The position numbers and the translations under genes are program-made. A model generated the notes under the pieces. The model was not told the origin of the DNA. It saw only the letters and a program-made list of their open reading frames with translations, and searched no databases. From an uncultured Clostridia bacterium (GTDB taxonomy: Bacteria > Bacillota > Clostridia > Oscillospirales > Ruminococcaceae), in contig CANQNY010000001.1 in assembly GCA_947625335.1 (NCBI GenBank), forward strand, positions 3,924 through 67,923: a stretch of 64,000 nt of DNA, read 5' to 3'. Of this stretch, positions 27,945 to 36,668 are shown in pieces; the first letter of the stretch is position 1; the number at the start of each line of letters is the position of its first letter.

Positions 27945-29306
27945 TTGGAAATCGGAAATTTGCTTTTCGGAAGGGCAGGGCAGGACAAATTCACCGCGCT
28001 TTCGGCGTTCTATTCGGGCAATCTGGTTCGGTGGAACGACATATACAACGGCGGCGGCGACTGGCGGTACACCCGAAAAGGGGGACTTAGCGGCGGCATG
28101 CGAAAAGTGGCGTCGCTTGGGGCGGCAAAAGCGGTCTGCGCGGAGCTTTCAAGGCTGTGCTTTTCCGAGGGGACAAAGCCCGTGTGCGCGGACAAGGAAA
28201 CCGAGAGCTTTCTTGAACGAACGCTTAGCGAAAACGGCTTTTACGACAGATTCCCCGCGTTTCTCGAAAAGGTGTTTGCGCTGGGCGGCGGAGTTATAAA
28301 GGTCTATCTCGACCGGGGCGTAAAGCTCGATTTTATCACCGCCGACCGCTTTGTGCCTACCAAATGGGACAGCCGCGGCATAAGCGGCGGAGCGTTCGCC
28401 TCGAATGTTACCGTAAACGGGAAAAATTATCTGCTGGCGGAAACCGAGGAGCTTACCGACGAGGGACTGGTGACGACCAACAAACTCTACCGCGAAAGCG
28501 GAGGAGAACTGCCGCTTAACACGGCGTTCCCGAAAATGACCGAAAGGAGCGTGATAAAGGGACTGAAAAAGCCGCTGTTTGTGTATTTCGGGGCGGTCAC
28601 GGGGGCTCTCGCGCAATGCGAGCCTCTGGGAGCGTCGGTGTTCGCGGGTGCGGTGGATACGCTTAAAAGTCTCGACATAGTGTTCGACAGCCTTTCGAGA
28701 GAGTTTATTCTCGGAAAAAAGCGCATAATCGTGCCGAGTTACGCTATCCGCGGAGAATACGGCGCGGACGGCGAGGTAAAACGCTATTTCGACGCAAACG
28801 ACGAGGTTTTTGAGGCGTTTTCGGCGTCGGACGGCGATGATCTGAAAATCATCGACAACACCGACAAGCTGCGCGTGTCGGAACACACCGAGGCTCTGGA
28901 CAAGCTGCTGGACCTTTTGTGCATGCAGACGGGGCTGTCGGAGGGCGCGCTGTCGTTTAAGAGCGGAACTATCAGAACCGCTACGGAAGTCGTCAGCAAA
29001 AACAGCCGAACCTACCGTACCGCGGGCGTTTACCGGAAGATGATTGCAAACCGCTTTGCAAATGTGGCGGAGAACATCTGCCTGCTCGGGAAAATGTCGG
29101 GAGAGCTTTCGGCGGGCGCGTCAAGCAAGGCAACTTTGCGGTTTGCGGACGGCGTGTGCGAGGACGAGAGCGCGAAAACCGAACGCGCTTTGAAACTGTA
29201 CTCGGGAGGGCTTATCTCCAAAACGAGGGCTCTTTCGGAAATTTACGGAGTGTCTCTTGACGAGGCAAAGGCTATGGAAAAGGAGGACTTTACAAATGGA
29301 CAATGA
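27945..29306 (+). CDS. phage portal protein (SPP1 gp6/A118-like)
   Basis: KAVCAELSRLCFSE, FLEKVFALGGGVIKVY.D, DSLSREFILGKKRIIVP, TATEVVS, C-terminal F.D...GLISK..A..EIYG.S.DEA; TTG start after AGGAGG. Confidence 0.88.
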   Translation: MEIGNLLFGRAGQDKFTALSAFYSGNLVRWNDIYNGGGDWRYTRKGGLSGGMRKVASLGAAKAVCAELSRLCFSEGTKPVCADKETESFLERTLSENGFYDRFPAFLEKVFALGGGVIKVYLDRGVKLDFITADRFVPTKWDSRGISGGAFASNVTVNGKNYLLAETEELTDEGLVTTNKLYRESGGELPLNTAFPKMTERSVIKGLKKPLFVYFGAVTGALAQCEPLGASVFAGAVDTLKSLDIVFDSLSREFILGKKRIIVPSYAIRGEYGADGEVKRYFDANDEVFEAFSASDGDDLKIIDNTDKLRVSEHTEALDKLLDLLCMQTGLSEGALSFKSGTIRTATEVVSKNSRTYRTAGVYRKMIANRFANVAENICLLGKMSGELSAGASSKATLRFADGVCEDESAKTERALKLYSGGLISKTRALSEIYGVSLDEAKAMEKEDFTNGQ

Positions 29307-29649
29307 AGAAACCGTTCAGGAAGAAATTATTGACAGCGTGGAAGACGCGGCTGTCGACGAAAAGGCGTATCAAGCCGAGATAGAGGCTCTCAAAAAGGAA
29401 CTTGCGGCGGCGCAGATACGCACCGAGCTGCTTTTGGCGGGAGTTTTGCGCGAAAAACTGGACGAGGGCGCGGCTATAGCCGAGGGGCTTTACGCGGCGG
29501 GAAAAACTCCCATAGAGGCGGCGATTGAAACCGCCGAAAATTATCCGCATCTTAAGGCGGTAAAGCAGGAAATCCCGCAATTCGCGGCAGGCGGCTCGGG
29601 CGCGCTTGACGGGTTTGCGGCGATAAGGAGAATTTTCGCGGGGAGATAA
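29296..29649 (+). CDS. putative capsid scaffolding protein
   Basis: Acidic N-terminus, coiled coil, ENYPHLK motif and short C-terminal helix; lies between portal and capsid; overlaps portal stop. Confidence 0.65.
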   Translation: MDNEETVQEEIIDSVEDAAVDEKAYQAEIEALKKELAAAQIRTELLLAGVLREKLDEGAAIAEGLYAAGKTPIEAAIETAENYPHLKAVKQEIPQFAAGGSGALDGFAAIRRIFAGR

Positions 29650-29951
29650 AATTTTTACGTGGGGAAAACAACTCTCTGAAAAGGTTGCTGCGCGGGAATT
29701 TGCGGTCAAGAGCGGTTCACGCGGGCGCGGAAAGAAGTTGCACGCGGTAAAAATCGCGGGGCGACAGGCTGACAGCGGGGAAAGTTATCGGAAAGGCAAC
29801 AAATAATTTACGGGCAGGGCGGGGCGGGAAACAACATAGCGGAAAGATACTTCTGCGGCGCAAACGGCAGGCTGTTAGCCTTAAAAAACGGCGCGGCGGC
29901 AGAAGAATAACTCCGCACCGAATTTTATTTTAAGAAAGGAAGTTTTTTATT

Positions 29952-30839
29952 ATGGCAAACACAATCGAATATGCAAAGGTATTTCAGAAGGAACTCGACA
30001 AGCAGGTGACGGAATGCTCCACATCGGGCTGGATGGAGGACAACGCCTCGCAGGTTATCTACAACGGCGGCGGGGAAATTAAACTCCCGAAAATGGTTCT
30101 CAAAGGGCTTGCGGACTATGACCGCGATACGGGCTACACGGGCGGCGCGGTTACTTACTCCTACGAAACTATGACGCTTACGCAGGACAGGGGCAGACGT
30201 TTTCGCATTGACGCGCTGGACGTTGACGAAAGCAATTTCGGACTGGCGGCGGCAAATGTCGCGGCTGAATTTCAGCGCACAAAGGTTATCCCCGAAATTG
30301 ACGCGTACAGATACTCCACCCTTGCGGCGGCAGCGGAAATCAAAACCGAATATACTCCCGAAAAGGCAACCATTCTTTCCACGCTGATTGAGGAAATCGG
30401 CAAGGTACGCGAGGCGGCGGGCGACGAATGCGAGCTGGTCGTTGCTATGGCGCGTTCGGTTTACGACAAGCTGATGCTTTCGGAGGAGGTTACTCACTCC
30501 ATTGACTGCTCGAACTTCGTTCAGGGCGATCTTGAGCTTTCCGTCAAGAGCATTGCAGGCGCGGCAATTATCCCCGTACCGTCGGCTAGAATGAAGACCG
30601 GATACGATTTCAGCGCGACAGATGGTTTCTCCGCAAAATCCGACGCAAAGCAGATAAACTGGATAATCTGCCCAAAGAGCGCGCCTATCGCGGTATCTAA
30701 GACCGACAACGTGAAGATAATCACTCCCGAACAAAACCAGTTTGCGGACGCATGGGACATCGACTACCGCAAGTATCATGACCTGTTTATCCCCGACAAC
30801 AAAAAAGCGGTCATTGCGGTCTGCACCGAGACGCTCTAA
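29952..30839 (+). CDS. major capsid protein (HK97 fold, Firmicutes phage type)
   Basis: MANTIEYAKVFQKELDK, GG.EIKLPKM..GLADYDR..GY..G.VT..YET.TLTQDRGR.F.ID..DVDE, EFQRTKVIPEIDAYRYS, YRKYHDLFI. Confidence 0.88.
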   Translation: MANTIEYAKVFQKELDKQVTECSTSGWMEDNASQVIYNGGGEIKLPKMVLKGLADYDRDTGYTGGAVTYSYETMTLTQDRGRRFRIDALDVDESNFGLAAANVAAEFQRTKVIPEIDAYRYSTLAAAAEIKTEYTPEKATILSTLIEEIGKVREAAGDECELVVAMARSVYDKLMLSEEVTHSIDCSNFVQGDLELSVKSIAGAAIIPVPSARMKTGYDFSATDGFSAKSDAKQINWIICPKSAPIAVSKTDNVKIITPEQNQFADAWDIDYRKYHDLFIPDNKKAVIAVCTETL

Positions 30840-30855
30840 CTGCTTAGATTAACGC

Positions 30856-30890
30856 TATCGGGCGGTACCGACAATACCGCCCGATATTTT
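30856..30890 (+). terminator. intra-operon terminator after the capsid gene
   Basis: 12-bp stem TATCGGGCGGTA / TACCGCCCGATA followed by TTTT. Confidence 0.75.
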
Positions 30891-30908
30891 AAAAAGGAGG
30901 TTTTCTCT

Positions 30909-31358
30909 ATGATTATTACAAAGGAAGAATTTCACGAAATGGGGTTTGAAGTTGAGGCAAAATACGAGAGTCTGCTTGAAAAATGCATTCTGCGCGCGGA
31001 ATACGTTTTAAACGGGCTGACAAACGGCGCGGCAAGCACAGCGGCTCTTTCGGGGACGGCTGCCGCGGATTTTGTAAAGCAGGCGGCGGCTTTTCAGACG
31101 AACGATATTTTAAAAGAGGAAATTGCTCTTGCAAAATCACAAGCGGAATCCTCGTCGAGCGAAACCTCGAAAAAAAGCGACGAGCGCGTTTCTATAGGGG
31201 ATTTCTCCTATTCTTCCGGAACATCGTCCTCGGAGTCGTCTAAAAGTTCTTCTAGTTCGAGCGAGGAGGAAATATCGCGCCTTGACACGGGAAGGACGAT
31301 TATAAGGCTTTTGCGCGCGGCGGGCTGTCTTTATACGGGCGCGGAGGTGAAAGAATGA
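30909..31358 (+). CDS. putative head-tail adaptor (gp15/gp8-like)
   Basis: Follows the capsid gene; helical N-terminus, ERVSIGDFSYS beta-hairpin, C-terminal LRAAGCLYTG. Confidence 0.7.
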   Translation: MIITKEEFHEMGFEVEAKYESLLEKCILRAEYVLNGLTNGAASTAALSGTAAADFVKQAAAFQTNDILKEEIALAKSQAESSSSETSKKSDERVSIGDFSYSSGTSSSESSKSSSSSSEEEISRLDTGRTIIRLLRAAGCLYTGAEVKE

Positions 31359-31693
31359 TAAACGTAAAACCCATTCCCGACGAGCTTTTGGGGGACGATA
31401 TTGTACTTATCACGCCGACGGGTTACGGCTCTTCAAGGGAAACGATTTACAACGTCCGCGTGGAAAAGCAAGCCGCGATAACCGACTATACCTCGTCCTC
31501 ACAGCGCGAAAACACAACTATTACCGTATGGTACGACTGTGAGAATTCTTACCCTGAGGCGGAGTTTCCCGTCGGGGCTAAGGTTGAATACGGCGGGGAG
31601 ATTTTTGAGATCGTGGAATCAAAGGTTTACAAAACCGACGTTCCTCATCACAAAAAATTCAAGGCAAGAAAAATTGCGGAGGTGAGAGAATGA
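31355..31693 (+). CDS. putative head-closure / minor capsid protein
   Basis: IP..LL.D.I, TIYNVRVE, TVWYD, GAKVEYGGE.FEI beta-rich pattern; ATGA-coupled. Confidence 0.65.
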   Translation: MINVKPIPDELLGDDIVLITPTGYGSSRETIYNVRVEKQAAITDYTSSSQRENTTITVWYDCENSYPEAEFPVGAKVEYGGEIFEIVESKVYKTDVPHHKKFKARKIAEVRE

Positions 31694-31851
31694 ACAAGAA
31701 AGAAACGCCCGAAAAGCTGAAAAATCTCGGCGCGCTTTCGTCGGACGACATATGCAGGATTTCAAAAGAACTTGCAAACGAGGTTCGGAAAGTCAACCGA
31801 AGAATTTGCTCGAAAATAAAAAAGAAGTCTGAACGGAGGGATAAATCATGA
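31690..31851 (+). CDS. 53-aa basic helical ORF at the position of the missing tail module
   Basis: MNKKETPEKLKNLGALSSDDICRISKELANEVRKVNRRICSKIKKKSERRDKS; GGAGGTG RBS; ATGA overlaps with both neighbours. Not in the supplied ORF track. Confidence 0.7.
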   Translation: MNKKETPEKLKNLGALSSDDICRISKELANEVRKVNRRICSKIKKKSERRDKS

Positions 31852-32189
31852 CTATTACGATTGACGAATCGGAATACGACGTCACGGAACTTAACGCCAA
31901 AAGGGAAATTCGTCAGACCAACATTCAATACAACACGCAGGGCGATATGCTTATCGATATGGTAAACAGAAAATACCTGCTGGAAGTGACGTTCGGGCTG
32001 CTTAGCGAGGAAAAAATGGCGGCGCTGCGAAAGTCCTCCGATAAAATCTTCGTTCCCGTGACGTTCAACTCCCCAGAGGGAGAAATTACCGAGGACTTTT
32101 TTATTTCGGACGAGCCTGCGCCGATTGTTACCGTGATAAACGGAGAAAGATTATACGGCGGCGTAAAGCTTACTTTGAAACAGAGGTGA
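31848..32189 (+). CDS. putative distal tail (Dit-like) protein
   Basis: 113 aa; NTQGDMLIDMVNRKYLLEVTFGLLS...VTF.SP.G; position directly before the hub gene. Confidence 0.6.
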   Translation: MTITIDESEYDVTELNAKREIRQTNIQYNTQGDMLIDMVNRKYLLEVTFGLLSEEKMAALRKSSDKIFVPVTFNSPEGEITEDFFISDEPAPIVTVINGERLYGGVKLTLKQR

Positions 32190-32193
32190 TATT

Positions 32194-33711
32194 ATGGTCG
32201 AAGTGTCCGACAATTTCAAAAAACTCGCGGTACAAAGCGGGCGTTATGTTTACTGTAAAATTATCGCGGGAAACACAACGTTTTTTGACGACAAAATTCT
32301 CGAATTCGATTTCGACGATATTTGCCACCCGGAATGGTATACGGTAGGCACGGCTTGCCCGAACAAGTTTACTTTTTCGGTGCTCTACAACGGGGAACTT
32401 TTGGTGGGCGACACGGTAAAGCCGTATATCAGTTTCGACAACTCGGAATGGTGTCCGCTGGGGGTTTTCTATGTAGCAAGAAGATATGTCCGCGGGAAAA
32501 AAGCGTCTATTACCTGCTATGACAAAATGTACTCTCTGGACGATGAATACATACCCTCGATACAAGCTCCCACAACGTATGACGCAATTCTGAGGGACGT
32601 GTGCTCTGCGGCGGGGCTTGCCTGCGAGGACTATGGGGCGGATTACATCGTAAACGAAATCCCCAAAGGACACACGCTGAGGGATATGATAGGTTATATT
32701 GCGGCGATAAACCACAGTTGTGCGAAACTTGACCGCAGCGAAAAACTGACGCTGAAAAAACAAACGAGTATTATTTATTACTGGCTGGAACTCGAAAACT
32801 GCATGGACTACAGCAGAAATATGGATTACTCGACGATAACCTGCCTGTCGTGCGACACGGGAAACGAAATTCTGGTATCGGGGGACGGAGCGCTGACCTC
32901 CACCATCGAGTTCTACAACCCGTTTATGACGCAGCAGGGACTGGACAATATGCTGGCGTCGCTGAGGCTTATTCAGTTCTATGGTGCGAAAATCACTATG
33001 CAGGGACTGCCGTTTCTGGAGGCGGGCGAACGCATATTTTTTATGGACGACCCCGCCTATTTGCACCCGATTTGGTTAAGCGAGATAAACTACCACTACG
33101 ACGGCGCGCTTACCGCGAAAGTTTATTCCCGAAACCGGAGTTATACCGACGCTGCCGTTCACAAAGAGGACCTGGACGCCGCGCTTGACGAAATTCGGGC
33201 GCAGCTTGGCAACGTCTGCATAAAGCAGACAAACGACAACGAGATTTCTCTCGGAAGTTCGCCCGTGACGGCGGCAAGCTTTGAATTCCTCGCGAAAGCC
33301 AGAAACACCTTCGCGCAGATAGACCTTAATTTTACCGTCAGCTCCGCGCCGGGTGTGACGCTTAACATCGACCTTTCCGTAAACGGAGAAAAAATTTCCC
33401 GAACGGCTTTGCATATCGCGGCAGAACAAAGCGAAATGCTGCACTATTACTACCTTGCGGACAACCTTCCGAAAGGCGCGAATAAAATCGAGGTTCGGAT
33501 AAGTATGTCGCAGGGAACGGCGATTATCCCCAAAAATCAGCTTATCGCAACGCTTGTCGGAAAGGGTTTGGGCGGAGGGAACAGCGGCAATGTAAACGAT
33601 AGGCTTACCGTTACCGATGAATTTCCGAAATATGACTATGTGCGAACGGATCTGGGGCTCGCGGGATTTGACGCTTACCCCGGCTTTGACGGCGCACAGG
33701 AAACGGAGTGA
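32194..33711 (+). CDS. putative baseplate hub / Tal-like tail protein
   Basis: VGTAC..K, W.PLG.FYV, ITCYDKM..LD, TLRDMIGYIA, QGLPFLEAGE; beta-sandwich-like C-terminus. Confidence 0.65.
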   Translation: MVEVSDNFKKLAVQSGRYVYCKIIAGNTTFFDDKILEFDFDDICHPEWYTVGTACPNKFTFSVLYNGELLVGDTVKPYISFDNSEWCPLGVFYVARRYVRGKKASITCYDKMYSLDDEYIPSIQAPTTYDAILRDVCSAAGLACEDYGADYIVNEIPKGHTLRDMIGYIAAINHSCAKLDRSEKLTLKKQTSIIYYWLELENCMDYSRNMDYSTITCLSCDTGNEILVSGDGALTSTIEFYNPFMTQQGLDNMLASLRLIQFYGAKITMQGLPFLEAGERIFFMDDPAYLHPIWLSEINYHYDGALTAKVYSRNRSYTDAAVHKEDLDAALDEIRAQLGNVCIKQTNDNEISLGSSPVTAASFEFLAKARNTFAQIDLNFTVSSAPGVTLNIDLSVNGEKISRTALHIAAEQSEMLHYYYLADNLPKGANKIEVRISMSQGTAIIPKNQLIATLVGKGLGGGNSGNVNDRLTVTDEFPKYDYVRTDLGLAGFDAYPGFDGAQETE

Positions 33712-33715
33712 CAAA

Positions 33716-35035
33716 ATGAAAGGAAAAGCAACGTTTATCCTGACGGATAAGTATACCAAAAAGCCCGTAAAACAAATTACGGAACACAACCTTGTGACAA
33801 AGGCGTTGGAAAAGGTATTATTCCCCCCGCCTATCACAAGAATAACAATGGGAACTTCAAACTTCGCGGACAACTACTTCCCTATCTGCAATAAACTTAT
33901 AGGCGGGATAGTCCTTTTGGGGAACACGCTACCCGAAAACGCGGAGGATTTTATGATCCCGCCCGACATCATACCCGTAGGCGCGGCAGGAAAAGAATAC
34001 ACCGGCACAAACCCCTGCCGAGGGACATTAAATATCTCCATGAGCGGTCCTATCGAAAACGGCTACATGCTGGTGTGGGACTTCGCTCCCGAAAAAGCAA
34101 ACGGCGTGATAAAATGCGTGGGACTTACCAACTTCTGCTATGGAAACGCCGCTTTTTTAAAGACAAACGAGCAAAACTGCGGCATATGTACCCCGCCAAT
34201 AAATATGGGACAGAATTTGGCGTCTATCCCGACGGTTATGTCCGTTTTGGGACGTTTTTACGGCAAGGCGGAAGGCACGCGGCTGTATTCCTACACATAT
34301 ACCTCAAATATACTCACGCTTTACGAAAGCGAAATAAGCGACCCGCGCAACATTAAAGTCGGCGACGCCATAAGCGACTTCAAGACGGCAAAAGTAGTTT
34401 CCGAAAAGGAGCTTGAACTTCCCGTGCAGCTTTCGTCCTCGTCTATGCACTTCTACTGCCGCGAGGACGGCTGTCTTTATCTGCTGGCGTATAACTATAC
34501 GTTCAATAAAGTGACCATCTATCATTTTACGCTCATGAAGATCGATCCCATGACGGGAAGGCTGCTTGATGAAAAGAATTTTGAGATTTCCGGCGAAAAA
34601 AGCTTTTCGGGATTTTCGTTCGCGATAAAACAGGGGAAAATCTATCTTTCGGGTTCGGGGAACTACGCAACGCTGTTTACTATCAATTTATCAAACTGCT
34701 CGATACTCGCCGAAAGAAGTCTTACCCACGCGGGAACATTTAATTTGTTCGAGTGGAACGGCTATATCATGGGAACGGAAATGCTTTCGGGGTATTATTA
34801 CAAGTTTTTCGCGGAATATGAAAATTACCCCATGCTGTGCGGAGGACCCGGAGCAGAAGTGACATGCGATCTTGTCCCGATACCGTATTCCTTAAGATAC
34901 AGCTATGACTCCACGAGAACGAATTTTTATCTCATGATGAGAACGGACTATCTTGCGACAATAAACAACCTTTCCGCGCCGCTTGAAAAGACCGACCGAC
35001 ACGCGCTGCAGATACGCTACGAGCTGACCTACTAA
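33716..35035 (+). CDS. putative tail fibre / receptor-binding baseplate protein
   Basis: N-terminal EHNLVT..., RG.LN...SG..ENGY..VWDF...ANG.I..V.LT seen in Firmicutes phage tail proteins; aromatic-rich, propeller-like middle. Confidence 0.6.
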   Translation: MKGKATFILTDKYTKKPVKQITEHNLVTKALEKVLFPPPITRITMGTSNFADNYFPICNKLIGGIVLLGNTLPENAEDFMIPPDIIPVGAAGKEYTGTNPCRGTLNISMSGPIENGYMLVWDFAPEKANGVIKCVGLTNFCYGNAAFLKTNEQNCGICTPPINMGQNLASIPTVMSVLGRFYGKAEGTRLYSYTYTSNILTLYESEISDPRNIKVGDAISDFKTAKVVSEKELELPVQLSSSSMHFYCREDGCLYLLAYNYTFNKVTIYHFTLMKIDPMTGRLLDEKNFEISGEKSFSGFSFAIKQGKIYLSGSGNYATLFTINLSNCSILAERSLTHAGTFNLFEWNGYIMGTEMLSGYYYKFFAEYENYPMLCGGPGAEVTCDLVPIPYSLRYSYDSTRTNFYLMMRTDYLATINNLSAPLEKTDRHALQIRYELTY

Positions 35036-35041
35036 GGTTCT

Positions 35042-35164
35042 TTACGCCTGCTCGAAGTATCTGCACTCCGAACAAGCGGCAGCGTCGGCATGAGTAAGAT
35101 CGTCAAGCGCGCAATATCCGTCTTTCTGGTGACGGCAATTTTCGCCGCAGGCAATAAAATTCAT
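35042..35164 (-). CDS. 40-aa Cys-rich small protein
   Basis: MNFIACGENCRHQKDGYCALDDLTHADAAACSECRYFEQA; GGAGGTG RBS; convergent on the phage-like operon. Confidence 0.7.
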   Translation of the reverse strand: MNFIACGENCRHQKDGYCALDDLTHADAAACSECRYFEQA

Positions 35165-35324
35165 TAAAGCACCTCCGCTTTTAAATACAGCCCCGCAAGC
35201 CGAAAAAATGCGCTTGCGGGGCTTTGCTGTAATATTTTTGTCATACAAGGGTGTTTTATTCGCCGAATACCGTTGACAAATCCTGCCTGCGGTTGTATAA
35301 TAAGAATAGTGATTATTGTAAGAG

Positions 35325-36668
35325 GTGCGTATAATGTTTGTATTTCTTCGCATTGTAAACTGGGTTGTTCTGATTTTCGGACTGAATATGCCGATAATAT
35401 TAAAAAACGCTCCGCTGCCGCTTAAACTCGCGCTTGGGGCGGTGCTGCTGGCATATTTTCTGATATTCAACATACTGCCGACATTTAAAAAATACCCCGT
35501 TTTACGGCTGAAAGTGCTGGGGGACGGCGCGGAACTTATCCTTACGTTTTGGGTGACTTGCGCGTGTGCCGCGCAGTTTGTCGGGATAGGCATTTATGAC
35601 CTCGTTATGGGAGAGAAAAACTACACGGTCTACATCGTCTACGCCGTAATCCTCATTCTCGGAGAGGCGGCGATATTCTGGAACGGCATTATCCGCGTGT
35701 ATCTTACTTCCGTTCAGCTCGGAATTCAATATCGCGTGCTTGGGGTACTGTTCGGAATGGTGCCGATTGCAAATCTTATTATGCTGATGATAATTTACAT
35801 TACCGTAAAACGCGAGACCGATTTCGAGACCGAAAAATACAAGCTGAACGAAAGCCGCAAGGACGAAAAGATCTGCGCGACGAAATACCCGATTTTGCTG
35901 GTACACGGGGTGTTTTTCCGCGACAGCAGGCTTTTAAACTACTGGGGGAGAATTCCCGCGGAACTTGAAAAAAACGGCGCGGTGATATACTACGGCGAAC
36001 AGCAAAGCGCGCTTTCGGTAGTGGAAAGTTCAAAAGAGCTTGCGAAAAAAATAGAGGAAATAGTGACCACCACGGGCTGCGGGAAAGTGAATATAATCGC
36101 GCACTCGAAGGGCGGGCTGGATTCGCGCTATGCTATCTCGAAGCTTGGCTGCGACAAGTACGTCGCGACGCTTACGACGATAAACACGCCGCACAGGGGC
36201 TGTATTTTCGCGGAATATTTGCTGAAGACCGCGCCCGAGAATTTCAAAAAAATGATAGAGCAGACCTACAACAAGGCGTTTTATATGCTGGGGGATAGTT
36301 CTCCGAATTTTATGGAGGCGGTAAGCTGTCTTACAAACAGCTACTGCGAGGAATTTAACAAGGAAGTCCCGAATTCTCCCGACGTTATGTATCAATCCTA
36401 CGGGAGCAAGGCTTTAAACTCGCGCAGCGGAAAATTCCCGCTGAATGTGTCCTACCCCGTAGTCAAAAAATACGACGGCGACAACGACGGACTGGTGGCG
36501 CTGACCTCCGCGGAATGGGGCGAAAAATTTACGCCGATTTACCCCAAAGGCAAACGCGGCATAACGCACGCGGATATGATTGACCTCAACCGCGAGGATA
36601 TAAAGGGGTTTGACGTGCGGGAATTTTATGTACAAATGGCGGCGGATCTTAAAAAGAGAGGTTTTTAA
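35325..36668 (+). CDS. membrane-anchored lipase/esterase (alpha/beta hydrolase)
   Basis: N-terminal TM bundle; LVHGVFF, AHSKGG nucleophile elbow, DNDGLV, H..MID; TTGACA...TATAAT promoter upstream. Confidence 0.88.
   Translation: MRIMFVFLRIVNWVVLIFGLNMPIILKNAPLPLKLALGAVLLAYFLIFNILPTFKKYPVLRLKVLGDGAELILTFWVTCACAAQFVGIGIYDLVMGEKNYTVYIVYAVILILGEAAIFWNGIIRVYLTSVQLGIQYRVLGVLFGMVPIANLIMLMIIYITVKRETDFETEKYKLNESRKDEKICATKYPILLVHGVFFRDSRLLNYWGRIPAELEKNGAVIYYGEQQSALSVVESSKELAKKIEEIVTTTGCGKVNIIAHSKGGLDSRYAISKLGCDKYVATLTTINTPHRGCIFAEYLLKTAPENFKKMIEQTYNKAFYMLGDSSPNFMEAVSCLTNSYCEEFNKEVPNSPDVMYQSYGSKALNSRSGKFPLNVSYPVVKKYDGDNDGLVALTSAEWGEKFTPIYPKGKRGITHADMIDLNREDIKGFDVREFYVQMAADLKKRGF

Larger units (their letters stand above)
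27945..35035 (+). other. phage-derived minimal structural operon (GTA-like or domesticated capsid module)
   Basis: Nine co-oriented intact ORFs with strong RBSs and overlapping start/stop codons, in siphophage gene order; flanked by host genes; no integrase, terminase, tail tube, tape measure or lysis gene. Confidence 0.8.

Noticed and set aside
29952-30839. Encapsulin nanocompartment
   Set aside because: The capsid gene is accompanied by portal, scaffold, neck and baseplate-like genes, unlike encapsulin operons; no cargo enzyme is adjacent.
27945-35035. Complete inducible prophage
   Set aside because: No integrase, repressor, replication, terminase, tail tube, tape measure, holin or att repeats; both flanks are host genes.
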